A DNA stretch of 64,000 bases from Mobula hypostoma (taxonomy: Eukaryota), in the NCBI RefSeq assembly GCF_963921235.1, contig NC_086097.1:161884001-161948000 (forward strand). Reading direction: 5' to 3'. Position numbers and translations under genes: made by a program. The notes beneath the pieces are model-generated. The model was not told the origin of the DNA, ran no database searches, and saw only the letters and a program-made list of their open reading frames with translations. Position 1 is the first letter of the stretch; every line of letters begins with the position of its first letter. Positions 22,200-35,368 of this stretch are shown here, in pieces.

Positions 22200-22500
22200 T
22201 TCAAATTCAGATTCATTTGGTTAAAACATAAGCATCAAAACATATAGTGAAATGTGTCATTTGTGCTAACAACCAACACAACCTCAGGATGTGCCAGGGG
22301 CAGGCCTCAAGTGTGGCCACACATTCTGGGTTCCAACACAGCATCTCCACATTGTTCAGCTGAGCAGAGCAACACCAAGTAACAGCAACAGCAACAATAG
22401 AACAACAGAAAAACAGGCCCTGTTTACTTACGCACACACACACACCTCTCACCCTCCCTGGTCTGCTGGCTCGACATCTGACCAAAGATCTCCTTCGTCA
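22200..22500 (-). mobile_element. Non-autonomous Rex1-tailed retroposon fragment
   Basis: (TCTGAA)n-like tail; homologous to 63615-63820. Confidence 0.55.
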
Positions 22501-22729
22501 CACGTCCTTTTCGCTGGCCTTCGAATGCAGAGGACATTCTTAATGTAAGCAATATTTTGCTTTGTTTCCTACTAAGGTACATTCAGAGTAGATGCTAATT
22601 TTCCAATATTATACTCCAAGTCTAATTTTTTTTTCTTACTTGCTCAAATCATTTACATCCCATTTCATACTCCTGTATCTTAATAACTTGCTTTCTCATA
22701 TAGGTTTGCATAATCAGAAAATGTATCTA

Positions 22730-24870
22730 CAACCAGTATGGTAGAGCTGAGGATGAGTCAACAGGTTTACAAGTAGATGATGGGTGTAACATGAATGTGA
22801 GGAAGGACAAGTGGAGACAGAGCAAAGAGTTAAATTGTACATCAGAGGCAAAATTCAAAAGAATGCAGGACTGAAGGTGCAGTTTTTAAATCCGTGCAGC
22901 ATTCGGAAAATGGTGAATGAACTCGTGGCACAAATAGAGATTGGTCGGTATGAAGTTCTGGGCATCACTGAGTTCTGGCTGAAAGGCGGCCATAGTTGGG
23001 AGCTTAACATTAAAGGATATACTTTGTATCGAAAGGACAGGCAGGAAGGCATTGGCTCTTTTGGTAAGAGATGGAATTAAATCTTTAGAAAGAGCTGACA
23101 TAGGGTCAGAGAATTTTGAATCTTTGTGGGTGAAGTTAAGAAACTGTGAGGGTAAAAAAATAAATCATTATGGGAATCATGAAATTCTGCACCCTTTTTT
23201 CTCCAAACAGACCTTTGCTCATTGCAGCCGAAAAGTTCTATTCAAAAGGTTCAAAGGAACATCTATAACAAGCCTGATGCATTTTGGAAACAAGTCCTGT
23301 GGACTGATGAAGTTAAAATAGAACTTTTTGGCTGCAATGAGCAAAGGTCTGTTTGGAGAAAAATGGTGCAGAATTTTATGAAGAGAGCCTCTCTCCAACT
23401 GTTCAGCACGGGGGTGGATCGATCATGCTTTGGGCTTGTGTTGCAGCCAGTGGCATGGGGAACATGGGTAGAGGGAAGAATGAATTCAATTAAATACTAG
23501 CAAATTCTGGAAGCAAACATCACACCATCTGTAAAAAAGCCGAAGATGAATAGAGGATGGCTTCTACAACAGGATAATGAACCTACACACACCTTAAAAT
23601 CCACAATGGACTACCTCAAGAGGCGTAAGCTGAAGGTTTTGCCATGGCCCTAAACCTCAAAAGAGCAGTGCATGCAAGACGGCCCAAGAATCTCACAGAA
23701 CTGGAAGCCTTTTGCAAGGAAGAATGGGCGAAAATCCCCCAAACAAGAATTGAAGGACCCTTAGCTGGCTAGAAAAAGCGTTTACAAGCTGTGATACTTG
23801 CCAAAGGGGGTGTTACAAAGTACTGCCATGCAGGGTGCCCAAACTTTTGCTTCAGGCCCTTTTGCTTTTTTGTTATTTTAAAACTGTAAAACATGGAAAT
23901 AAAAAAAGTTTTCTTGCTTAAAATATTAAAGGAATGCATCATCTTTAACTTTAAGCCTTTTAGAAATCAGTTCATCTTTTACTTGCTTAGCTATTCACAG
24001 TAACAGAAATTTTGACCGAGGGTGCCCAAACTTGTGCATGCCACTGTAGGTCTCCAAATAGTAGCTAAGGTGCGGGGTTGAGATTGCAAAGTGAGCTGGA
24101 AAAGGTGTATAATAAAGGTAATGTCACAATTGTAATGGGGTCTTCAGGAGGGGGACTGGGAAAATCAGGTTCGTGTCAGATCGCAAGAAAGGGAATTTGT
24201 TGAATGCCTACAAGATGGCTTTTAGAGCAGCTTGTGGTTGTACCTACTTGGGGAAAGGCTATCTTCAATTGGGTGTTGTGTAATGACCTAGATCTTATTA
24301 GGGAACTTAAGGTAAAGGAACCCTTACGAGGCAGTGATCATAATATGATTGAATTCATTCTACAGTTTGAGAGGGAGAAGCATATGTCACATGTATCAGT
24401 ATTGCAATGGAATAAAGGGAATAACAGAGGCACGAGAAAGGAGCTTGCCCGGGTGGATTGGAGAAGTATCCTGGCGGGGATGATGGCAGAGCAGAGGTGA
24501 CTGAAGGTTTTGGGAACGTTTCACAAGGCGCAGGATAGATATGTCCCACAGAAGAAGTTGTTCTCAAATGGCAGGGCTAAGCAACCATGGCTGACCAGGG
24601 AAGTTGAGGACTGTATAAATGCCAAGGAAAGGGCATATAACGAAGCAAAAGTGAGTGGGAGGTTGGATGATTGGGAAGTTTTTAAAATCCAACAAAAGGC
24701 AACTAAAAAAGCTGTAAGAAAGGAAAAGGTGAAATATGAGGACAAATTAGCCAATAATATGAAGTGGGATACTAAAAGTTTTTTTCAGTTATGCAAAGAG
24801 TAAAAAGGAGAGTTGATATTGGACCACTGGAAAATTATGCTGGTGAGGTAGTAATGGGGGACAAAGAAAA
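22730..24870 (+). mobile_element. CR1 ORF2 endonuclease region, split by Tc1
   Basis: LNPCSIRKMVNEL, GITEFWL, GYTLYRKDR, GSDHNMIEF, WLTREV motifs. Confidence 0.85.
23181..24046 (+). mobile_element. Tc1 (IR/DR type) transposon, 5'-deleted
   Basis: FWKQVLWTDEVKIELFG and LQQDNEPTHT transposase motifs; right IR with DRs GGGTGCCCAAACTT ending CACTG|TA. Confidence 0.88.
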
Positions 24871-27151
24871 GCAAAGCTCAAATGTTGAAAGTTTTCTAAA
24901 ATCTTAGTGTGGCTCAAGTTGGTGTACTGTGCTGATTCAGGACTCTACATTATGAAGAGATCTAACAAAATATAGTGATGGAAAGATGGGGGCAGTGGAT
25001 TATTTCCAGCTGTTAAGGAGTGCAAGTAGATAATAAATAAATATAAATTATGGCATATAAAAAGAGGAATCATTTTATAAAGGGTTATAATTCAATAGTT
25101 GTACCAGCATGTTTAATGAATGAAACAGAAGCATCATCTTTAATAGATTAGACATGTGGTTGAAGGAAGATGTTTAATGGAAGAACTTGGCCATAAAGCA
25201 CTAGGATTGCCTTCATATGTGGAATAACCACTCAGGTCAAATGACTGCACTTAAAAAACTCATATTCTATAAATTATGCAAAATCTCTTGTATAATGTGT
25301 AAGAAAAAAACAGAAGGCTGGATGTAAAGGAGTTAGAAATGACTACTGAAGCAATATGTTACAGAATATTCCACCTTCTCTCCCAGAATACAATGTATTT
25401 TATTTAGAAAGATGATGCATAATGTAAAAGGCAATTAAATATTGAAAGCAAAGGTCAAATTAGGACAGTGTGATCTCTGTAATTACATACAGCGCTAGAG
25501 GCCACTGCTTTTTAGGATAAGTTGATTTCTAATAAAGCAAGTTACTGAACACAGACTGGATGCACGCCATTGGTTGGTTTCTTAAAATATAAAGGTGTGA
25601 TTGCTTCACGATTTGATTAACCACATCCTTCAGCATGTTTGCATTTGTAGCATATCAGATCTGGTATTTTAAACTCAATGTTTAAAACTATTGCACTTGA
25701 TCCTGGATCTCTCTTGACGAAATGTCATGTATGTGGTTTGGATTTAGTCAAATGAGGTGACATGTACAATAAAAAATATGTTATTCTGGCACCCTCGGGA
25801 CTTTGGTAGTGCTAATACAGCAGACTTTATGGATAATAGGAGCATTAATAACTATTGCTTCACTTTTTACAGTAATATACTAAATTTTCCAGCCAACCCA
25901 ATTAGTTTAAAGGGGGCAGGAAACAAATATGCATTCCTGGCTGTAGTTGAAAATTATCTGGGTTCCTGTGCACGAGTGTTGCAAACTGCAATCCTGGCCC
26001 TGTCCATCCCTCTGGACTCGGTTCTGGCTGAACTCACTGCCTTTATTTTGGCTCCCCTGCTCACATTTCAGGCTGATGAGTGAACCAAATGCTGAACCAT
26101 CAAGATTTCTGAATAATTGGATTATTGAGTTAACACTGGAGAGAGTTTTCAAATACATTTAGTTTGTGTTTGTTTATGATCAGGTACTATGAAATGATTT
26201 TGCTTTTGAAAGAACATTGGACATGTAAGAATATTGGGTTAATTTTTAATTATTTTCATTTTTCCAGAAAATGATCTTTTTCAGTTTTGTTTAAAACCTA
26301 TCTTTCCATACAGTACCACCTATTTGTTGTTACTTTTATTTAAATATGATGGTTCTGCGTATTTAAGCAGCTTTAGCTTATTTTCCATCATGTATTTTGT
26401 ATTTTAAACTTTGAGTTCCTAGGAAATCTCCTCACCATTTTGGTTTTTTAATGTCTTTAAAATAAATCAAATCTGTTTTGAAATAACACACTAATTGATT
26501 TATTTTAAATCGTGGGCTATCTTGAGACCATTATTGGAACATTATTTAGAGTGATTTAATTGAGCTGGTTATAATTTCTCTGCTTCAATACAGAGGTACA
26601 AGATATTTTATTATGATAATGGTCTGCATTCTTGCTATTAACCATACTGACCAGCTGTCACTGATGGCATATGGTCACACATTTGCGCAATTGCACATGT
26701 GCCAAGTTGACATAAGATTAAATTAATGCATTGAAGTTCCTAGTTCCTTTGTCTCTTGAAATGTTATACTGGAATTGAATACTGAATGAAGACCACCTCC
26801 CCCATGTAAAGCAACACTATTCTGACGTAAAGATAACGGGTAAAGGACAAAAAGGAAAATGTGGATGAATAGGTCATGCCAAGACTGAAGGGTAGAATTA
26901 TCTTTTCCCTAATTCTCAAGTAAAAGGTACTATGTTTCTGGTTAGTTCGGCATCATTGTCATGGTGATTGACAAGGAAAATATTTATAGATACATTATTA
27001 ACGTGCCTTTTTCTCCATTAATGCTGATTGATTTACAATTTACAAAGTTTTCTGTTTTTCAATGTTGGATTTCATGAATGCAGATTCATTGGGAGTTGTA
27101 GTCCAGGAATGAGTACTTCAGCTCTTAAAGTTGTTGCTGACCATCAATTGA

Positions 27152-27560
27152 TTCTAGAGTCATAGAGAAGTACAGCACAGAAGCAGGCCATTCAGCCCAT
27201 CTAGTCCATGCTGAAAATTATTTAAACTGCTACTCCCAATGACCTGCATAGGGACCATAGCCTTCCATATCCCTACTATCCATGTACCTATCTAAACTTC
27301 TCTTAAATGTTGAAATTGAACTTGCATGGACCACTTGCGCTGGCAGCTCATTCCACACTCTTATGACCTTCTGAGTGAAGAAGTTTCCCATCATGTTCCC
27401 CTTAAACTTCTCACATTTCACCCGTAAGCCATGAACTCTGGTTTTAGTCCCACTCGACTTCAGTGGACAAAAGCCTGCTTGCATTTACCCCATCTTTACC
27501 CCTCCTAATTTTGTATACCATTATTAAATCTCCTCTTAATCATCTACGTTCTAAAGAATC
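27152..27560 (-). mobile_element. CR1 3' fragment
   Basis: GNFFTQKVIRVWNELP...FKRSLDRYM; CR1 3'UTR. Confidence 0.8.
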
Positions 27561-27624
27561 CTATCTTTCATATCTTCCCCAGGTTACAACAGAGTTCTGT
27601 TCTTGTGAGCTATTCATAACCCAT

Positions 27625-27995
27625 ACACACAAGAGAGTTTGTAGATGCTGGAAATCCAGAGTAACACACAAAATGCTGGAGGAACTCAGACAGCATCTAT
27701 GGAAATTAATAAATAGTCAATGTTTCAGACTGAGGCCCTTCTTCAGGACTGGAAAGGAGGGGGGAAGACACCATAATGAAAAGGTTAAGGGGAGGGGAAG
27801 AAGGACTAGCTAGAAGGTGATTGGTGAAGCCAGGTGGGTGAAAAAGGCAAATGGCTGGAGAATAAAGAAAGATAGGAGAGGAGAGTGTAGCATGGAAGAA
27901 AGGGAAGGAAGAGGGGCTCCGGGGGAGGTGATAGGCAAGTGAGGAGAAAAGGTAAGAGGCTGGAGTGGGGAATGGAGGAAGGAGGAGGGAAAAAT
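27625..27995 (-). mobile_element. Older PLE pLTR/tail fragment with hammerhead (27715-27750)
   Basis: GCTGGAGGAACTCAG motif, pyrimidine-rich pLTR, AGUC-CUGAAGA..GAAACAUU-GACU on minus strand. Confidence 0.75.
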
Positions 27996-28234
27996 TACTT
28001 TTTTTCTCATAACTTAGACAGTTTGCAACTCAAATATGGCTACATAGTGTGTTCCCAGGCAGCAGAGGACACCTACAGCTCTACAGCAGCCAGCAAACCC
28101 ATCCCCCTAGTCTCCCAGACATTTATTTGTTGTCACTGGCTGCCCATAAATCTGTCCATTAGATGTTCTTGTCACATTACCATCAGCTCTGCAGATTCTA
28201 CCACTCATGTTACATGCAACTGCCAATTAAATTA

Positions 28235-28385
28235 AAAACCCACAAGTCTTTGGGATGTGGGAAGACAGAGCAGCCAGAGGAAACTCGTGCATTCACAGGG
28301 AAAAAGCACAGGCTCGACGCAGACAGCGATCATAGTCAAGTTTGAACCTGGGTCTCTGACACTGAAGCAACCGCACTATTAATGG
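28235..28385 (-). mobile_element. Degenerate V-SINE
   Basis: Reverse-complement V-domain (TCTTTGGGATGTGGGAAG..GAGCAGCCAGAGGAAAC) and B-box (TTTGAACCTGG). Confidence 0.6.
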
Positions 28386-30074
28386 TGGCACTGCACTGTT
28401 TCTTTCTTGTTTCAATTACTTGAACTACTGTTAAAATGTTTGAGATTGGTTCTAGAGTTGGTGACAAAAAGCATGGTTTCAAGCTAAGGAGCATAAATGC
28501 TGCGAAGACTCTTGGAATTAAAGGATGTGGAAACGTTTAAGAATGATTTAGTAAATATTTGAAAGTGTAGGTGATCAGGCAACATTGTTTCCATTCTACT
28601 CATATTTTGACACTGTCTGTAGGTCCTGTTAATCCTATTTAATGTAAATATGATGGCTTTCTGATGGGACACAGTGAGAATTACTTTTAAAATAACCAGA
28701 TTAAAATAATTTGCCTTCATTGTCTGTTACTGAAGACCTGAAAGAGTTAAGGAAAGTACTACTAAGCATTCCTGTCTGTGGTGCCCCACCTCATGGAGCA
28801 GTATTTGGCATGGATCCTATGGATTGCAATTCTGTTTATATTAGTTTTCAACCAATCAGATCTTAACATAATCACATGGTGCAATCTAATACTTACTGAA
28901 CTCCAATTATACATCTTTAAAGTCTGGAGGCAGTCCCTGTCAGATATGCAAATACATGTGCTCTCAATGCTCTTTGGTCAAATATACAGGCAGTAAGACA
29001 ACTGGGAAGTACACTACCTATGATGTTTGAAAAGCCCCAGGTTATAATGATTCATATTTTGCTGATTTATGAATAGTGTGACTGAGAATATGACTCAAGA
29101 AGAATGTTCAGAAGCTTATTTTCTTTTTAATAGTGAAACTTGATTATTTTCTTAATTGTAAGTTTTATCTATGATTCTTTCTGGGAAGGTTCCTCCTTCC
29201 CCACCATATTCCTACATTCCATGTGTTTGCTGGGATGCTCGAACAAGACATGAGGTGGAAGTACAACATCTCGAGGCAGAAGGTAGTATCACAAAGGATC
29301 CAAGTCATTATTGAAGATTTTGAAGTAATTGTGATTTGTTATTAAACTTTGTTATTGAAAAGTATTTAGTGGTTCAACAGTCTGTACATTGAATTGAATC
29401 TGCTTGTTCAGCCTTAAATTGTGACTGGAGTAAAATTAGCATTTAGACTGTGTTTAATGTCATCTCTTTTTGTAGTTATTTTTGTCTTGTAACTCAGACA
29501 CCACAGCTCACTTAGTGGGTTGATGTGCTGTGAGGTTTTTCTATTGCTAACAGTTGCAAAGAGGCTTGTGGCCTTCATGGGGAAATAGACTTTTTTTTAA
29601 TTTTGCATTTTGGAAGTCAGGCAGCTAATTCATTCATTAATCTGTGTCCAGTGCACTTGAGGTTTTAAGTCCTATGTTTGGTCCCCTCTATCAAGAATAT
29701 TTTATTTGTGGAATTTGAAAATTTGCAGGTGATATATTCACCTTTATAAATCTGTTCTTGAAATTTTGATTGTGATGTTTACATAATTACACTGAAGTCT
29801 AAACATGAAGCAATGCAAACAACTTTGATTTATTAGACAAGGCCACTATAGCTTGCTTAGTACCTGTGCCTTTATTTTCCTGATGAGTTGCATGGACATA
29901 AAACAGTCAAGCTTTTTCAAAGTGATTCTATTACAAGTTACATAATTCTTTCACATTTTTGGTTTTTATTTTTCAAAAGGCTTTAGGCAATTTTACAGGT
30001 TTTTAAAAAAATTGAAATTAAGCAGTTGAAATCAGATGAAGTCAATTCAATTGCATTTTTTTTAACTTATAGAC

Positions 30075-30880
30075 ATTTAGAGTCATGGAGTAATGGAAAA
30101 CAAAAATAGGTCCTTTGCTCACCATTTCCAAGCTGGTTGTCAAGCACTTGTACGCAATGGACTGACTGCTAGAAAATGACATTGTTCTTTGTTCATGGCA
30201 TTTCAAATGTGAGAGTTCCGGCCTTCACTATGACCTCAGGCAGTATGTTACAGATTCAATGAGCCTCAGGGTGCAAAACACAAAAATCTTAAAGTCCTCT
30301 CTAAATCACCAACCCCTTACCTTAACTGTATGCCCTCTGGTACAATCACATCTGCTAAGGAGACTAATTAGTCTCTACCTATCCTATGTTCCTTATTACT
30401 TTGTATACCTTGGTTAGGTCTGCATTCAGTCTTCTGTGCAGGGAGAACACTCAGTGGTTTGGTCTGTCTTCTGTTGCTGAACTGTTTCATCCCAAACAAT
30501 GATCTGGTGCGTTTTTTCTGCACCATCTCCAGGCAAATTCTTCCTATCATGTGGCAATCAAAACCTCACAGCATATTTTAGCAATGGACAAACCAGTGTT
30601 TTGAACAACTGCACCATAATCTCCTACTTGTAGATTCCATGCACTGGCTTATGAAGGCATGTATCCCATTCACCTTCATACAAGCAACTACAACCACGCC
30701 AAGGTCCCTGTGTTCCTCACTAATTTCTTGGGTTGTGTAATTCATTGTACATATCCTATATTGTGTCTCCCAGAATCATATTTTTCAGGATTAAATTCCA
30801 TCTTTGACTTCTCTGTTGATTTTAAGTGCCCATCAATATCATTCTGTAGTTAATTGCGTTCCATACTACATTCAATACTA
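30075..30880 (-). mobile_element. Highly degenerate CR1 3' part
   Basis: Residual CR1 RT C-terminal and 3'UTR motifs. Confidence 0.5.
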
Positions 30881-30895
30881 TCTGCAAAATAGTAA

Positions 30896-30988
30896 ACACG
30901 AGGAATTTTGCAGATGCTGGAAATTCAAGCAACACACATCAAAGTTGCTGCCTGGCCTGCTGCGTTCACCAGCAACTTTGATGTGTGT
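30896..30988. mobile_element. Mini palindromic PLE tail insertion
   Basis: Inverted GCAACACACATCAAAGTTGCTG arms; 13-bp TSD TGCAAAATAGTAA (30883-30895, 30989-31001). Confidence 0.85.
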
Positions 30989-33900
30989 TGCAAAATAGTA
31001 ATCCTGCATTCATGTTCATGCAGTTAATGTATATTATGAGCAGCAAGGGACCTTGCATTGTTCCTCAAGGTAGGCCACTGGTCAGACTCCAATTATAATA
31101 ACACCCCTTGGCTATCATCTTGTGTGTGCTTCCTGTGAGTGAGGTGTTTTTGATCAAATTCGTTGAATTGCTTTTAATCTTGCAGCCTCCTTTGGATCAG
31201 TCTTCCCCATGTGACCTTAGATTCCCTGTGCTTTGTTTTTAAAGAGGAGACTCCTTCAGTGTTTGAAAGCAAAGTATATCTAAAACAAGAACCTGAGTGG
31301 TCCTATCAACCCTTGACCAAGCTCTGCCATTTCATAAGAACATAAGAAATAGGAGCAGGAGTAGGCCATCGAGTCTGCCCCACCATTCAATAAGATCATG
31401 GCTAATCTGTCCATAAACTCAGCTCCATCTACCTGCCTCTTCCCCACAACCCTTAATTCCTCTACTATGTAAAAATCTATCTAACTATATCTTAAATATA
31501 TATAGTGAAGAAGCCTCAACTGCTTCCCTGGGCAGAGAATTCCACAGATTCACCACTCTTTGGGAAACACAGTTTCTCCTCATCTCCGGCCTAAATCTTC
31601 TCCCCTGAATCTTGAGGCAGTGTCCCCTAGTTCTAGTCTCACCTACCAATGGAAACAACTTTCCTACTTCTATCTTATCTATCCCTTTCAAAATTTTGTA
31701 TGTTTCTATAAGATCCTCTCTCATTCTTCCGAATTCCAGAGAGTACAGTCCCAGGTGGCTCAGTCTCTCCTCATAGGTTAATCCCTTCATCTCTGGAATC
31801 AACCTGGTGAACCTCCTCTTCACTGCCTCCAAAGCCAGTATATTTAAATGGTTTGGCATGGACCAGATGGGCCAAAGGGCCTGTTTCTGTGCTGTACTAC
31901 TCTATGACTTTATGCTTATCCTTCCTGAAATATGGAGACAGAACTGCACACAGTACTCCAGGTGCAGCCTCACCAGTACCCTGTACAGTTGCAGCATGAC
32001 CTCCCTGCTCTTGAATTCAATCCCTCTAACAATGAAGGCCAACATTCTATTTGCCTTCTTTATAACATGTTCTACCTGCAAGCCAACTTTTTGTGATTCA
32101 TGAACAAGCATTCCGAAGTCCTTCTGCACAACAGCATGCTACAATCTTTCACCATTTAAATAATGATCTGCATTTCTATTATTCCTTCCAAAGTGGTTGA
32201 TCTCGCATTTACCAACGTTATATTCCATCTGCCAGACCTTGGCCCACTCACTTAACCTACCTATATCCCTCTGCAGACTCTCCACATCCTCTGTACTATT
32301 TGCTTTTCCACTCAGTTTAGTGTCATCTGCAAATTTTGCTTTGGTACACAGTCCGCTCTTCCAAATCACCAATGTAAACGGTAAACAGCTGCAGGCCCAG
32401 CACCGATCCCTGTGGCACCCCACTCACCACTGACTGCCAACTGGAGAAATACCCATTTATACCAACTCTCTGCCTTCTATTGGTTAACCAATCCACTATC
32501 CATGCCAATACACTTCCTCTGACTCCCTGCATCTCTGTCTTATTTGGAAGTCTCTTGTGCGGCACCTTATCGAACACCTTCTGGAAATCCAATGGGACAT
32601 CCACCTGTTCCCCTCTATCCACTGCACTCATTATGTCCTCAAAGAACTTCAGTAAGTTTGACAAACAGGACCTGCCCTTTCTGGATCCATGCTGCGTCTG
32701 TCTAATGGAACCACTCCTTTCTAAATGTTTCACTATTTCTTCCTTAATGACTGCTTCAAGCATTTTCACGACTGCAGATGTTAAGCTAACTGGCCTATAG
32801 TTGCCTGTCTTTTGCCTACATCCTTTTTTAAAAAGTGGCGTGACACTTGCTGTCTTCCAATCCACCAGGACCTGCTCAAAGTCTAGAGAATTTTGGTAAA
32901 TGATTACCATTGCGTCTACTATAACCGCCGCCAATTCCCTCAGCACCCTGGAATGCATCCCATCAGGACCGGGGACTTATCTATCTTCAGGCCCTCTAGT
33001 TTGCTCATCACTATCTCTTTAGTGACAGTGATTTTATCGAGGTCCTCACTTCCCATTTTGTCCATAACATCCTTCTTTGGCATATTAGACATATCCTCCA
33101 CTGTGAAGACCGACACAAAATAGTTGTTCAATACCTCAGCCATTTCCTTATCACCCAATATTAATTTCCCCTTCTCGTCTTCCAAGGGCCCTACATTGAC
33201 TTTAGCCACCCTCTTCCACTTTATATATTTATAAAAACTTTTGCCATCTGTTTTTATATTTTGTGCTAATTTAGTTTCATACTCTATCTTCCCTTTCCTT
33301 ATTTATTGTTTAGTTGTTCTCTTGCTTTTTAAAGTTTTCCGAATCCTCCAGTCTCCCACTACTCTTTGCGACTTTGTACACATAAGCTTTTAATTTGATA
33401 GTATCGTTTATTTCCTTAGTTATCCAAGGCTGGCTCTCCCCACACATACTGTCCTTCCTTCTGACTGGAATATACTTTTGTTGAGCTCTGTGAAAAATCT
33501 CTTTTGAAAGTATTCCATTGTTCCTCAACTGTCCTACCAAATAGCCTGTGCTCCCAATCCACATTAGCCAGCTCCTCCCTCATCCCATTGTAGTCTCCCT
33601 TGTTCAAGCATAATGCAGTTGTTTTAGATCTAACTATTTCATCCTCCATCTGTATGCGAAATTCAATCATACTATGATCACTCTTTCCAAGAGGATCCCT
33701 GACTACAAGATCGTTAATCTTACCTGTATCATTGCACAAGAATAGATCTAAGATAGCGTTTTCCCTTGTAGGTTCACTAACATGCTGCCCAAGAAAGCCA
33801 TCCGGGATGCATTCTATGAAGTCCTGCTCAAAACTTCCTTGACCAACCTGATTCACCCAATGTATGTGGAAGTTAAAATCCCCCATGACAACTGCTGTTA

Positions 33901-34893
33901 CGTTCTACAAGCCTCAGTTATTTCTTGGTTCATCGCCTCTGTCACTGCAATATTTTTATTAGGCAGCCTGTAGACAACTCCCACCAATGATTTTCTTTTC
34001 CTTTTACTATTCTTAATCTCTACCCAAATGGACTCAACATTCTGCTCCGTAGATCTTATATCATCTCTCTCAATCACCCTGATCTCATCCTTAACTAAGA
34101 GTGCCACCTCACCTCCTTTGCCTTCCTGCCTATCTTTCCATATTACCTGATGCCCTTGGATATTTAATTCCCAGTCATCTCCACCTTGCAACCAGGTTTC
34201 TGTAATGGCCACCAAATCATATGCCTTGGTACTGATCTGTGCCACAAGTTCACTAATCTTGTTTCTAATACTACGAGCATTTAGATAAAGTGCCCTTATA
34301 CTCATTATCCTTTTAGAATCTAGTGACCTATGCGATTTTTGCTTTTTACTTTTATGCACTCTACTCGTACTTTTTTCTTCTCTAACATTAGCTTTGGTGT
34401 TCTGTATCACTTCCCTCTTCTTTTCTGTGTGGGTTCCCATCCCCCTGCCATACTAGTTTAAAGCCTCCCCAACATCTCTAGCAAACAATCTCCTTAGGAT
34501 ATTGATCCTGGCTGTGCCCAGATGTAGATCGTCTGGACAGTACTGGTCCCATCTCCCCCAGAAGTGGTTCCAATGCCCCAAGAATCTGAAACCCTCCCTC
34601 CTGCACCACTGCTCAAGCCACATATTCATTCTAGCTATCCTGCTATTCCAACTCTGGCTAGCACATGGCACCAGTAATAATCCTGAGATTATTACCTTTG
34701 AGGTCCTACTCTTTAATTTATCTCCTAGCTCCCTAAATTCAGCTTGTAGGGCTTCATCCTGCTTTCTTCCTTTATTGTTAGTACCTACATGCACCACGAC
34801 AGCTGGCTGCTCACCCTCCCCTTTCAGAATTTCCTGCAGCCTCTCCGAGACATCTCTGACCCTTGCACCCGGGAGGCAACACACCATACGGGA

Positions 34894-35368
34894 ACACACA
34901 TCAAAGTTGCTGGTGAACGCAGCAGGCCAAGCAGCATCTATAGGAAGAGGCGCAGTCGACGTTTCAGGCCGAGACCCTTCGTCAGGACTAACTGAAGGAA
35001 GAGTGAGTAAGGGATTTGAAAGCTGGAGGGGGAGGGGGAGATGCAAAATGATAGGAGAAGACAGGAGGGGGAGGGATAGAGCCGAGCGAGTTTGAGTCAA
35101 AGTGTGGTCGAAAAGTTGAAGGGCCGAAGAAATTACAGATGGGGAGCAGTGAGAGATGGTTTCACTGAACTCCCGTCGAAGAGAGGATCTAAACTTCTTC
35201 GGTGTAGGCATCACCGGAAGAGGCTTCGCAGTAGTGAATTTAAACGCAAACAACAGGAATTCTGCAGATGCTGGAAATTCAAGCAACACACATCAAAGTT
35301 GCTGGTGAACGCAGCAGGCCAAGCAGCATCTATAGGAAGAGGCGCAGTCGACGTTTCAGGCCGAGACC
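34894..35368 (-). mobile_element. Internally deleted direct-repeat PLE (5' pLTR remnant, tail, ORF start, 3' pLTR)
   Basis: Two direct pLTR pieces flank MPTPKKFRSSLRREFSETISHCSPSVISSALQLFDH; CGGGA duplicated at 34889-34893 and 35369-35373 in CR1 ORF1. Confidence 0.8.
34954..34989 (-). ncRNA. Minimal hammerhead ribozyme (intact core)
   Basis: AGUC-CUGACGA-AGGGUCUCGGCCU-GAAA-CGUC-GACU. Confidence 0.85.

Noticed and set aside
29185..29290. Possible small exon ending AAG|GTAGTA
   Set aside because: Weak splice signals and no protein similarity; cannot be supported without RNA data.
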